From the IMG/VR virus record IMGVR_UViG_2724679172_000007: a stretch of DNA of 51,134 nt; one strand, written 5' to 3'. The stretch comes from a virus (Duplodnaviria > Heunggongvirae > Uroviricota > Caudoviricetes). Below the pieces are notes generated by a model. The model ran no database searches. It was not told where the DNA came from and worked only from the letters and a program-made list of their open reading frames with translations. Position numbers and translations under genes: made by a program. Below are positions 29,585 through 37,596 of this stretch, one piece after another. How positions within the stretch are numbered: position 1 is the stretch's first letter; each line of letters starts with the position of its first letter.

Positions 29585-30352
29585 TCACCCCATAGATATC
29601 GAGGTTTCGGTAATAATACGTTTTGCGTCCAACTCCCATGCTGTGATCACGTCTGTAATCACACTTATCGGCGCTTGTGTGGCATAAATACGCTCTTCTC
29701 CAATTGGTGCTGAAACATCCGTAAAGCCGACTTCTTTGGCATCCTGTATCGAGCAAATCAGCGGGACCGGGACACGAACAAGGTGAGTGGTTGCTTCAAA
29801 TTGTGTACCTGTCATCAGGCGAAGCCGTGCGCCCAGCGAATTACACATCAGACTCATGGTCGCTTTATCAGTTGCCATTAACGTAACGTCATACGTCAGA
29901 ATGGCCTGGGTGTATTCCAGTTCTGCTAAAGGCATTCCGGTATCCGGTTCGCAAAAACTGGCTACTTTTTTGCGGTCAATCTGCTGATCATCGTTGATAT
30001 AATTGATATCCATAGTGCGTGAGATATTGACCAGGGGGAGAGCATCCCGGTTAATGTTCTGGTTTTCAGGTTTTCTCCCTTGCCCGGCATTTGCGCGACG
30101 AACTGCTTTAAGAAACTCGATCGCATTGTCGAAACGGGCCACATAGACACGCTCTGCTGGTGGACGATTCAGGAATGACGCAAAGCGTTTTTCTTCCGGC
30201 GCGGGGGCCACCAGTAAGATATCAGAAAAGATATTGCTGATTAGCGTAGCAAACGCGTTATCCACGTTTTCAAAGCCCGTGGTCTGGAATTTTCCTGTGC
30301 GTGAGGTTTGCCATTCACCTGTTCGCGCCAGGAGGGTTTTATTTGAAGTCAT
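29585..30352 (-). CDS. Phage structural protein (hypothetical)
   Basis: 255-aa ORF with SD GGAGTGA; in an operon with the baseplate hub/spike genes. Confidence 0.3.
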   Translation of the reverse strand: MTSNKTLLARTGEWQTSRTGKFQTTGFENVDNAFATLISNIFSDILLVAPAPEEKRFASFLNRPPAERVYVARFDNAIEFLKAVRRANAGQGRKPENQNINRDALPLVNISRTMDINYINDDQQIDRKKVASFCEPDTGMPLAELEYTQAILTYDVTLMATDKATMSLMCNSLGARLRLMTGTQFEATTHLVRVPVPLICSIQDAKEVGFTDVSAPIGEERIYATQAPISVITDVITAWELDAKRIITETSISMG

Positions 30353-31140
30353 TCGATCACTCCGTTTTGAGTCGTATCAAAATTCCTGGCTGGTATGCAG
30401 TAGTAAAGCGAACCAACATGCTGTGTGCCGTAGCTAAAAATACGGTGCACGTACCACCAGCGGCGGGCTACGCCGTTTACCATCTCTTCATTCCATTCAA
30501 GAATTGAGCCGACGGGGACGTTATTTGCTGCAATACGCAGAATCAGAACATCATCGGTTAAGCCATCCTGCTCACCGTCTGCGTCAATCGCATGGAAAGA
30601 GTCACGCCCGTCCGGGTTATCCAGCACATAAACGATTTCAGGTTCCTGGTAAGTCAGTTCGCGTTGGTTGTTATCCAGTTCAGTGAATGACTCTTCTCCT
30701 GTTTCGTCGCTGACTACCCCATATGTGCCAACATCTGGTCGATATAAGAGAGCCTGAAACGCGTCTGGGCTGGATTCAATAATCAGCATCCAGTCTGTGC
30801 GGATTTGGTCGTTAAAGGCTTTATGCCCGTTATAGCGTGCTTTTAGCTGTGGAGTTGGTTCTCTGCCAGCCAGGGAAGGTGGAAGTATGGCTATATCTGA
30901 TTCGCCAGCATCTGGAGTAAGGCCACCGTTGCTATCAGCAAAATTATCATGGCTATCAGCTTTGGCGGCGGGTTGCTCTTCCAGAATGCTGAATGAATCC
31001 GAACTGGTATTGCCATGTTCCGGCGCGCCTCCTGCATTCGCTTCAATCGGCGCTGGCGTTTCTCTCTGCGTGCTGTCATGTTCTGACTCCTTACTTGCCA
31101 GGTTTGCATCGTCAGAAAACCATTCGTCAAAACGGCCCAT
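30349..31140 (-). CDS. Hypothetical protein (acidic, low-complexity N-terminal half)
   Basis: Start placed at the ATG at 31140 with a GAGG SD 8 nt upstream; the track's longer start lacks an SD. Confidence 0.35.
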   Translation of the reverse strand: MGRFDEWFSDDANLASKESEHDSTQRETPAPIEANAGGAPEHGNTSSDSFSILEEQPAAKADSHDNFADSNGGLTPDAGESDIAILPPSLAGREPTPQLKARYNGHKAFNDQIRTDWMLIIESSPDAFQALLYRPDVGTYGVVSDETGEESFTELDNNQRELTYQEPEIVYVLDNPDGRDSFHAIDADGEQDGLTDDVLILRIAANNVPVGSILEWNEEMVNGVARRWWYVHRIFSYGTQHVGSLYYCIPARNFDTTQNGVIE

Positions 31141-31210
31141 AAGCATCCTCAAAGGTCGATTTATCAGGTATCGAGGGTGCATTGTCTGGAGATTGTGATT
31201 TCAATTCATA

Positions 31211-31255
31211 TCCCAGCATGGGACTAAAGTGCTTTACATTGTCCCATATTGGGAC
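31211..31255. promoter_or_regulatory. Putative HigA operator: two copies of the inverted repeat TCCCA-N3-TGGGAC
   Basis: tcccagcatgggac (31211-31224) and gtcccatattgggac (31241-31255) just upstream of higB. Confidence 0.4.
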
Positions 31256-31285
31256 TACTATACTTTCAGAGAGAAGGAATCTGTG

Positions 31286-31588
31286 ATGAAAATAATTTCG
31301 GTAAAAACACTAAGGGATTTCTGGGCGAAGAATCCCGATGCAGAACAGCCATTAAAGGCATGGGTTGATGAAGCAACAAAGGCTGACTGGAAAAATCCGG
31401 CTGAGATCAAAGAACAGTACCGGACAGCCAGCATCCTTAAAAACAGGCGCGTGGTGTTCAATATTAAGGGAAATGATTACAGGTTAATTGTCGCAATTGC
31501 TTATCAGCGAGGATGGATGTTCGTTAAGTTTATTGGAACACATAAGGAATACGATGCCATTGAAGCGGATACAATAGAACTGGAGTAA
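31286..31588 (+). CDS. higB: Type II toxin HigB (RelE/ParE superfamily mRNA interferase)
   Basis: 100 aa; pattern KxLxDFW...KAW...WKNPAEIK...VFNIKGNDYRLI...FIGTHKEYD matches HigB toxins; toxin-first order with a downstream HTH antitoxin. Confidence 0.65.
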   Translation: MKIISVKTLRDFWAKNPDAEQPLKAWVDEATKADWKNPAEIKEQYRTASILKNRRVVFNIKGNDYRLIVAIAYQRGWMFVKFIGTHKEYDAIEADTIELE

Positions 31589-31591
31589 ATC

Positions 31592-31951
31592 ATGAACATT
31601 AAACCTATCCGTACAGAACAAGATTATGAGGCCGCACTGCGTGCGGTCGAACCGATGTTCGATAATGAACCGGAAATGAACACACCGGAAGGCGATTTCT
31701 TTGAGGTTATGTGTCTTCTCATTGAGGAGTACGAGAAAAAACATTACCCAATTGAGCCACCATCACCTATTGAGGCCATTAAATTCCGTATGGAACAGCA
31801 AGGACTGACCGTGAAGGATCTGGAACCGGCAATTGGTAAGTCAAACCGTGTTTACGAAGTGCTTAATGGGACACGAAATTTGACGTTACCTATGATTCGT
31901 CGTTTACATGCCCAGTTTGGTATTCCACTGGAAAGTCTGGTTGGTGTTTAA
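31592..31951 (+). CDS. higA: Antitoxin HigA (XRE-family HTH)
   Basis: 119 aa, 4 nt after higB; C-terminal HTH (LTVKDLEPAIGKSNRVYEVLNGTRNLTLPMIRRLHAQFGIP). Confidence 0.65.
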   Translation: MNIKPIRTEQDYEAALRAVEPMFDNEPEMNTPEGDFFEVMCLLIEEYEKKHYPIEPPSPIEAIKFRMEQQGLTVKDLEPAIGKSNRVYEVLNGTRNLTLPMIRRLHAQFGIPLESLVGV

Positions 31952-31956
31952 GTTTT

Positions 31957-31977
31957 GCGGTCTGGATGACCGCTTTT
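31957..31977 (+). terminator. Intrinsic terminator after higA
   Basis: gcggtc-tggat-gaccgc followed by TTTT. Confidence 0.45.
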
Positions 31978-32011
31978 ACATAAAATCAATGTTTAAATAT
32001 TTGGTAATTAT

Positions 32012-32746
32012 ATGAGCGCTGATTCATCAATAGAAAAGGAAAACTCCTCTACCCAAAATCTGTTAGAAGATGCTGTAAAAGATAAGTTGTTTAATAAGGT
32101 TTTTGCCTACATTTTTATTTCGTTTTTAATTTCTAATTGGCGAGACATATTTATATTACTGAAGTCAAAAGATGATGTTATGTATACATTATCTATAGTG
32201 TTTGTCGGGGAAAAGATCCCATTATTGGGGAATCTTTTTTTACCATCGTTCGTAGCTCATTTTGTTTTGCCTTTTATTTATGGTGTTGTGGCGTCAATAT
32301 TAGCGCCACTGTTAACCCTGTTAATTTCTTTGGTGACAAGCACATTATATGCTAAATTAAGAAAAATAGATGAAATTGCAAATAAAAAAGAACAAATAAG
32401 GACAATTAACAGTGATATTAAGAAAGCCATTAAGAAGCAGAGAGACGTTAAAAAGTATATTGAACAAGAAGAAGAAGAACTTGAATCATTAGAAAAACGG
32501 CTTAAAGAAATTAGGGAACAGATTGAATGTGTGGATAGCGATATCATTCATATTATTAAATTATATAGAGAGAAAGGTGAGAGCTTAAATTCGGTGGATG
32601 ATTTTTATGAATTTTTTACCGCCGTGAAAAACTCATCTTTTCGTTCGGGTGATACAAATGACAGGGAAACACTTGAGGAGCTTCTCTCAAAGCTTTCTGA
32701 TTCACTTGAAAAAATTAAATGCGATGCTAATAAAAAGGTGGGATAA
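32012..32746 (+). CDS. Low-GC membrane-anchored coiled-coil protein (unknown function; candidate exclusion/abortive-infection effector)
   Basis: 244 aa; conspicuously AT-rich codon usage compared with flanks; hydrophobic segments (FAYIFISFLISNW; LFLPSFVAHFVLPFIYGVVASILAPLLTLLISLVTSTLY) followed by a charged heptad-like region (KKEQIRTINSDIKKAIKKQRDVKKYIEQEEEELESLEKRLKEIREQIE). Confidence 0.5.
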   Translation: MSADSSIEKENSSTQNLLEDAVKDKLFNKVFAYIFISFLISNWRDIFILLKSKDDVMYTLSIVFVGEKIPLLGNLFLPSFVAHFVLPFIYGVVASILAPLLTLLISLVTSTLYAKLRKIDEIANKKEQIRTINSDIKKAIKKQRDVKKYIEQEEEELESLEKRLKEIREQIECVDSDIIHIIKLYREKGESLNSVDDFYEFFTAVKNSSFRSGDTNDRETLEELLSKLSDSLEKIKCDANKKVG

Positions 32747-32767
32747 ACCCACCTTTGTTAATTTTTT
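32734..32767. terminator. Bidirectional intrinsic terminator between convergent genes
   Basis: aaaggtggg-ataaa-cccaccttt hairpin followed by a T-run; overlaps the stop of the 32012..32746 gene. Confidence 0.5.
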
Positions 32768-33948
32768 ATGTACTCCATGAACATTTTTTCAGCTTGTGCT
32801 GGTGGTGTTCCAGCCATGACAAGCGCATCAATGAACGCCTGCTTCTTCAGTGCGAACTGATCGGCCAGGCGTTGCTGAAGCTCCTTGTTTTTCTGTTTCT
32901 CACGTTGCAACGCCGCTTCTTTTGCTGCCGCCCGTTTTTTCTGTGCGTCTGACAACTTTCTGACCTTGGTCAGTTGGTCACGTAGCTTGTCAATCTTGCC
33001 GTTGTCCTTTGCCAGTTTTGTGCTTAAAGCGGCCTGGCGCTTCTGATAGAGCCTCCATTCTCGCTTGGCAGCGTCAACGTTCGTTTTACTGCTACGATTG
33101 CGATTAAACTCCTTCTCGTCTTCTTTTGAGAAGTGTTTGGTTGTACGGCGGCGATCGTCACCAAATGCAATTTGCGTTGCAGCCTTTTGTAGCGCACGAG
33201 CAATACTCATTTGCCAACTGGCGGACTGTAACCGCGTCATTGAGTGGATCACGTGTTTACAGGCGACGCCTTGCAGCTTCGGGTTGCGAACTTTTGGATA
33301 GGCGTATTCTTTTGGCGGTGCCAGGGCAAAGTTACCCGCAGTGGCGATGTAACGATACCAGTATTGATGACGACCACAGTCACAATCGAAAGACACTCGC
33401 CCGGCGCACAGTGATTTAGTGATTTTGAGAGCTGATTTATCGTCTTCTGCGATATCATCAACCATCTGATCCCATTCTTCAAAGCGTATCCGGACGATAT
33501 GGTGCTGGTGGACGGATATATCCGATGCTTCTACGCGGATATTAATCACATTGTGGCGAAGAGATACGGGTGTAGCTCTTTTGATACCAGATCCGTCATC
33601 CACGGCGTTATTTGCACGCTTAATATCGATTGCCTGGCTGGATGCCACCAGCTGGGCGTATGTGATGCCAGCCGTCTTGCTGTCATATTTTTCGCGCGTT
33701 TTACTCCGGAGCTTTTCGAAACCTTTCAGGTCGTCTCGCGTGAAGAACGTGCCGCCTTTTTTCTTCCCTAACTTGAGAATATCTTCGGCGGATTTGTTCC
33801 TCAGTCTACCTGGCGTCAGCGTCCGGTGAGCTTGCCGGCGCTTACGGGTTTGTTCTTTCCTGATAAGGTCGAATAAACGCGTGAAGTCCTTAGAGGACAG
33901 GCCGTCAGTGATATAGCGCCCGTCCTGGTTTTTCAGGAAATCAGGCAT
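32758..33948 (-). CDS. SWIM-type zinc-finger-containing protein with basic coiled-coil C-terminus (function unknown)
   Basis: 396 aa; CxC-x(n)-CxH signature (FDCDCGRHQYW ... VACKHVIH); C-terminal Lys/Arg/Gln/Ala-rich region; good SD (GGAGATAG). Confidence 0.45.
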   Translation of the reverse strand: MPDFLKNQDGRYITDGLSSKDFTRLFDLIRKEQTRKRRQAHRTLTPGRLRNKSAEDILKLGKKKGGTFFTRDDLKGFEKLRSKTREKYDSKTAGITYAQLVASSQAIDIKRANNAVDDGSGIKRATPVSLRHNVINIRVEASDISVHQHHIVRIRFEEWDQMVDDIAEDDKSALKITKSLCAGRVSFDCDCGRHQYWYRYIATAGNFALAPPKEYAYPKVRNPKLQGVACKHVIHSMTRLQSASWQMSIARALQKAATQIAFGDDRRRTTKHFSKEDEKEFNRNRSSKTNVDAAKREWRLYQKRQAALSTKLAKDNGKIDKLRDQLTKVRKLSDAQKKRAAAKEAALQREKQKNKELQQRLADQFALKKQAFIDALVMAGTPPAQAEKMFMEYIKN

Positions 33949-34270
33949 TTTCTATCTCCGGTTCCGCGCTCGCGTAATCACGGATCTTATTCCTCAGCCA
34001 TGCCACATCAGGAAGAGTTAACGTGGTCCCGGCGGGCATTTCTTCCATTTCTGACTCATGGCCCACCAGCACCCGGAATACCCAGCGCAAATCTGCATTG
34101 CCATACGCCCTGTAGGCTGCAAGGTCTGAACGATATACTTCATCAATCTTTATCGTGTACTGGAAATTATCAGAGTGATACTCCGATACCCGCTTAATCA
34201 TTTCCTGGTGAAACAGCGCACGAAAAATATCGTCTTCAATGTACCTATCGTCGAGTCTGCTATAGCCCAT
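33941..34270 (-). CDS. Hypothetical protein (first gene of the two-gene operon with the SWIM protein)
   Basis: 109-aa ORF with SD GAGGGG; stop overlaps the start of the downstream gene. Confidence 0.45.
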   Translation of the reverse strand: MGYSRLDDRYIEDDIFRALFHQEMIKRVSEYHSDNFQYTIKIDEVYRSDLAAYRAYGNADLRWVFRVLVGHESEMEEMPAGTTLTLPDVAWLRNKIRDYASAEPEIENA

Positions 34271-34331
34271 AACAAAGCCCCTCAGTCATAACCTGGGGAA
34301 AACTGTATGCAGGGTGTGAAATGCGAGAAAG

Positions 34332-34357
34332 CAGCGTCACCAGGCCTGGTGACGCTG
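34332..34357. terminator. Perfect 26-bp palindrome (terminator/operator) downstream of the higBA-2 operon
   Basis: cagcgtcaccagg|cctggtgacgctg. Confidence 0.4.
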
Positions 34358-34362
34358 TGAAA

Positions 34363-34656
34363 TTATGCGTGGAAAAATAATGGACGGATGTTTGGGCGAG
34401 TGGTTTGCGAAGCAACCCAAAGCTCATACTGGGATTGCATACCGGTCCACATTTCGGCACTGGTTCCAAGAGCGGACTCCAGACGAAGTGCCATATCAGC
34501 AGATATACCTGCTTTTTCATTCAGAATTCGGGAAAGCGCCGTGCGAGTAATGCCTAATGCCGCAGCGGCGTCTGTGACTGACATGTCTCCCAAATATTCA
34601 CGAAGAACCGCGCCTGGATGCGCGGGATTATGCATACGACTCATAGTGTTCCTCAA
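34363..34656 (-). CDS. higA: Antitoxin HigA-2 family (HTH, antidote protein)
   Basis: 97 aa; MHNPAHPG...[37 protein letters not shown] matches the HigA antidote family pattern. Confidence 0.6.
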   Translation of the reverse strand: MRNTMSRMHNPAHPGAVLREYLGDMSVTDAAAALGITRTALSRILNEKAGISADMALRLESALGTSAEMWTGMQSQYELWVASQTTRPNIRPLFFHA

Positions 34657-34931
34657 TGATAATCCTGATAGTCAACTAGAATTGCGTCTTCTCCTTCAAA
34701 TCGGAAGGTAAGTCGCCAGTTACCGTTTACCGATATTGCCCAGTGACCTTTAAGGTCCGCCCCCTTTAGAGGGTGCAATTCCCATCCAGGCGCAGACATA
34801 TCGTCCGGGCGTTTAGCTGTATTAAGCGCAGTCAATTGAATGCGTAGCTTAACCGCATGTTTGGCCTGAATGCCTGCGGTTGAACCTGTCTTGAAAAAGC
34901 GTTCAAGCCCTTTATGGCGAAATGACTTAAT
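34653..34931 (-). CDS. higB: Toxin HigB-2 (plasmid maintenance system killer protein family)
   Basis: [16 protein letters not shown]...[40 protein letters not shown] matches the killer-protein family; probable TTG start at 34931; stop overlaps the antitoxin start. Confidence 0.55.
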   Translation of the reverse strand: MKSFRHKGLERFFKTGSTAGIQAKHAVKLRIQLTALNTAKRPDDMSAPGWELHPLKGADLKGHWAISVNGNWRLTFRFEGEDAILVDYQDYH

Positions 34932-35136
34932 CAAAATAATTCCATTCGTGCGTGCAACCTGTGTATATACGCTACACGCAGAAAGAGTAAAATGCAAGCA
35001 CTATCCGTATAGACAGAGTTTTTTCGCCACCCTGGAATTTATTGACTGTCAACAAGTGACTTTCATTAATCTTAAGGCGTGGACCAGCTCGATAGTGAGC
35101 TGGGTGTTATTTACCGATCGAATGGATTCGAAAAGA

Positions 35137-35270
35137 TGAATATTTTTAATAAGCTGATTGATTTATTGAATAAATTCATTAGTGCTTCTTTAACTCAGCA
35201 GGTATCCACGTCAGTGTTTTTGTTACTCTTCTACCTGGTATTGAGGGAGTTAACAAAGCTACTAATGTGA
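35137..35270 (+). CDS. Small hydrophobic protein (44 aa), possible membrane peptide
   Basis: AT-rich small ORF MNIFNKLIDLLNKFISASLTQQVSTSVFLLLFYLVLRELTKLLM after a GC hairpin (ccagctc-gatagt-gagctgg); weak SD. Confidence 0.25.
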
Positions 35271-35924
35271 TCAAAGTATCACGGTATCTTCATCAACTTC
35301 TTTCCCAGCCAGTGACTTTGGCTGGGAGGTGCCTGCTTTAACTTTTTCATGCCCAATAATGGACAGGATCGAAGCGAGTATGCCTGTTTTTTGCTCTTTC
35401 TCGACTGTGCCGGTCATCTGCTCTACGTAATCTGCACTGGCAACGTTGTGGTATACGGTCGCGTAGCAACACAGGATCATCAGAATATGCTCCGGCCTGA
35501 TATCCTGCCAGTTCACCCTGTAGACTTCTTCTCCGTTACCGTTGTATTCGGTATCAACGATAGAGTCGGGGATTTCGAAAGCACCTTTGTTATTTTGCGG
35601 CAGGGATAATAGCTTCTGGAGTTTTAACTCTCTGTATCTTTCCATCCCGACGATGATTGCTGCTCTGCCATCGGCATGACGGGTCTTGAGAGTCACCTGG
35701 CTTGCTCCGGTGCCAGCGGAGATCGTTGGCGTAATTTCGTCTACCAGTACCTTAAATTTGCTTTTCCGCAGGGCTGCTATAGCTGGAGGAATTTTTTGCT
35801 TTTGCTCCAATGCTGACGCGGGAAGGGGTTTTACTTCGTTAATAATGAGAGCACCGTCTTTCAGTATTGCAGTGAGCATTTGAGGCTTGCTGGTGGTCAG
35901 GCTGAATATTGCGATCTTTTCCAT
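35271..35924 (-). CDS. Hypothetical protein
   Basis: 217 aa; start set at the ATG at 35922-35924, preceded by a strong SD (GGAGGAAGG); the longer upstream start in the track lacks an SD. Confidence 0.45.
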   Translation of the reverse strand: MEKIAIFSLTTSKPQMLTAILKDGALIINEVKPLPASALEQKQKIPPAIAALRKSKFKVLVDEITPTISAGTGASQVTLKTRHADGRAAIIVGMERYRELKLQKLLSLPQNNKGAFEIPDSIVDTEYNGNGEEVYRVNWQDIRPEHILMILCCYATVYHNVASADYVEQMTGTVEKEQKTGILASILSIIGHEKVKAGTSQPKSLAGKEVDEDTVIL

Positions 35925-36207
35925 TGTCCTTCCTCCACGGATGACGGATACAAAAAAAGGCCGCACATGGCGGCCTGCTTTGGCGTTATGACTCCCTACC
36001 GCGCTTCGGCTGAAAGTTAATCGTCAAAAGAACCTTCAACGGGAGCCGTTAGCGCGATGGATTATGTGCAGTTTGTGATTTCCAAAATAGTGTCAACCAC
36101 TTTTTGTGGATTTTATTTTTTGACCGAAATTTGGCCTAAATCATGTTGATGTAGTTGATTGTTTTTGTAACATAAAACTTCATTTTGTTTACATGAAGGA
36201 CGGTGTA

Positions 36208-36816
36208 GTGAAGTTAAGGGTTTTAGGGACCGCGCTCGCGGCTATGTTGGGATGCGTATCTGTTAATACAGCCAATGCAACTGCGTTACCTGCACAATTC
36301 AGGGCAGGGCAGCAGGTTATGAATAACGCTGGTGGGGATCATTCACAAGCGGCAATTATGGACTTTTGCAAGAGAGAGGGCATTCCATTACGGCCTGTTG
36401 GAACTCAGTTTATTGGTAAAACTGACTTTTGCGTTTTTGCATATACAGCATATCTGACGGACAAAGCTATAACAAAAACAGGTTATTCAACCAAAGATAC
36501 TCTTTCCAGATTAAGTCAGGGATGGCAGCAATTCGAAGTGTATCGCCAGCAAGGATTAGGTGAGTTATTACAACCACTTTTTATGCTTGCGCTGGTGCCC
36601 GAGGGGCAGCAATTTTTGGTTAAAAAGGGAATGCTTCGCCAAAGTGATATTGCCGGGTTCGATAGCATGATGGCTTATGAGCGCAAACTAACCGAGCAGC
36701 GAAATAAAAAACCATCTGCTTCATGTGTGCAAAGTAAAACAGCAGAATACAGTGCAGTAGCCGGGCCTTTAGCCAAACAAATGGCAGAGCAATGGTGTAA
36801 AAAATACGGGCAATAA
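36208..36816 (+). CDS. Putative lipoprotein (secreted, unknown function)
   Basis: Signal peptide with lipobox (KLRVLGTALAAMLGC); probable GTG start 7 nt after a GAAGGA SD. Confidence 0.4.
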   Translation: MKLRVLGTALAAMLGCVSVNTANATALPAQFRAGQQVMNNAGGDHSQAAIMDFCKREGIPLRPVGTQFIGKTDFCVFAYTAYLTDKAITKTGYSTKDTLSRLSQGWQQFEVYRQQGLGELLQPLFMLALVPEGQQFLVKKGMLRQSDIAGFDSMMAYERKLTEQRNKKPSASCVQSKTAEYSAVAGPLAKQMAEQWCKKYGQ

Positions 36817-36836
36817 GTTACGCAGCGGAGGCAGAA

Positions 36837-37229
36837 TTGAAAAGATTGGCTATTGCTTTACTGGCGTCTTTCCCTTTGATCGCGAGCGCCGGAAATTTAC
36901 AAGTTAAGTGCGGTCGGTTTGATATAAAAATCTATCCGGATGCCATATTTCTGAATGGGAATAAGGTTGATAACGCACACCGAAAAACTGAATCTGACGT
37001 AATGAGCTATGTGTTCCAGGAGTATGCGGAGATGGGGGGAACTTACACGCTGTACTCGCTGGATGTTCCTTCTCGCGGTGATATGACATTATCCCATCAA
37101 TGGCAGAACGCCGATGGCGAAGCTCTGCGCGAGGTTAAAACAGAAAAATGTGGCACTTTCCATTCTTTTAAAGGGAAAGCGCCAAATGTTAAATCTGTGC
37201 TTGAAAAACAGCGCGCAGGTGAGCTTTAA
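36837..37229 (+). CDS. Secreted protein (signal peptide, unknown function)
   Basis: N-terminal signal peptide MKRLAIALLASFPLIASA; 130 aa; in an operon with the upstream lipoprotein gene. Confidence 0.45.
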   Translation: MKRLAIALLASFPLIASAGNLQVKCGRFDIKIYPDAIFLNGNKVDNAHRKTESDVMSYVFQEYAEMGGTYTLYSLDVPSRGDMTLSHQWQNADGEALREVKTEKCGTFHSFKGKAPNVKSVLEKQRAGEL

Positions 37230-37537
37230 ACACCTTTAACCACGGAGATGCCGTTCCCTGCACGATAGCGGCGGGGAACGGAATTCTCCATCAGGTCACG
37301 AATTACTCCCGCCTCATGTAGTTCCTCTGTTTCCCAGTATCTGTTTGTCACCAGATCGAGGCTGGCTATGACCTTGTGCCGGTCATTAGGCATAGCCAAT
37401 TTTTCTGCTATAACCATCAGTGAAAACTCTTCATCCAGTAGGATTTGATACCAGACTTTTGACAGCTCCAACTCTCTAATGAGGGTGAAGCGCCGCTCAA
37501 GTGTGGCGGCAGAATAAGTGAAATCTATTTTTTTCAT
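37226..37537 (-). CDS. Hypothetical protein
   Basis: 103-aa ORF downstream of the antirepressor gene. Confidence 0.4.
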   Translation of the reverse strand: MKKIDFTYSAATLERRFTLIRELELSKVWYQILLDEEFSLMVIAEKLAMPNDRHKVIASLDLVTNRYWETEELHEAGVIRDLMENSVPRRYRAGNGISVVKGV

Positions 37538-37596
37538 CGTGCGGATAATCCGATTATTTGGCAGTTAAATCCCCGGCGTCGCCGGGGATGCAGCAT

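Noticed and set aside
31229-31285. N-terminal extension of higB (track start at 31229)
   Set aside because: The extension overlaps the operator palindromes and lacks an SD, whereas the ATG at 31286 is preceded by GAGAAGGAA and gives the canonical HigB length.
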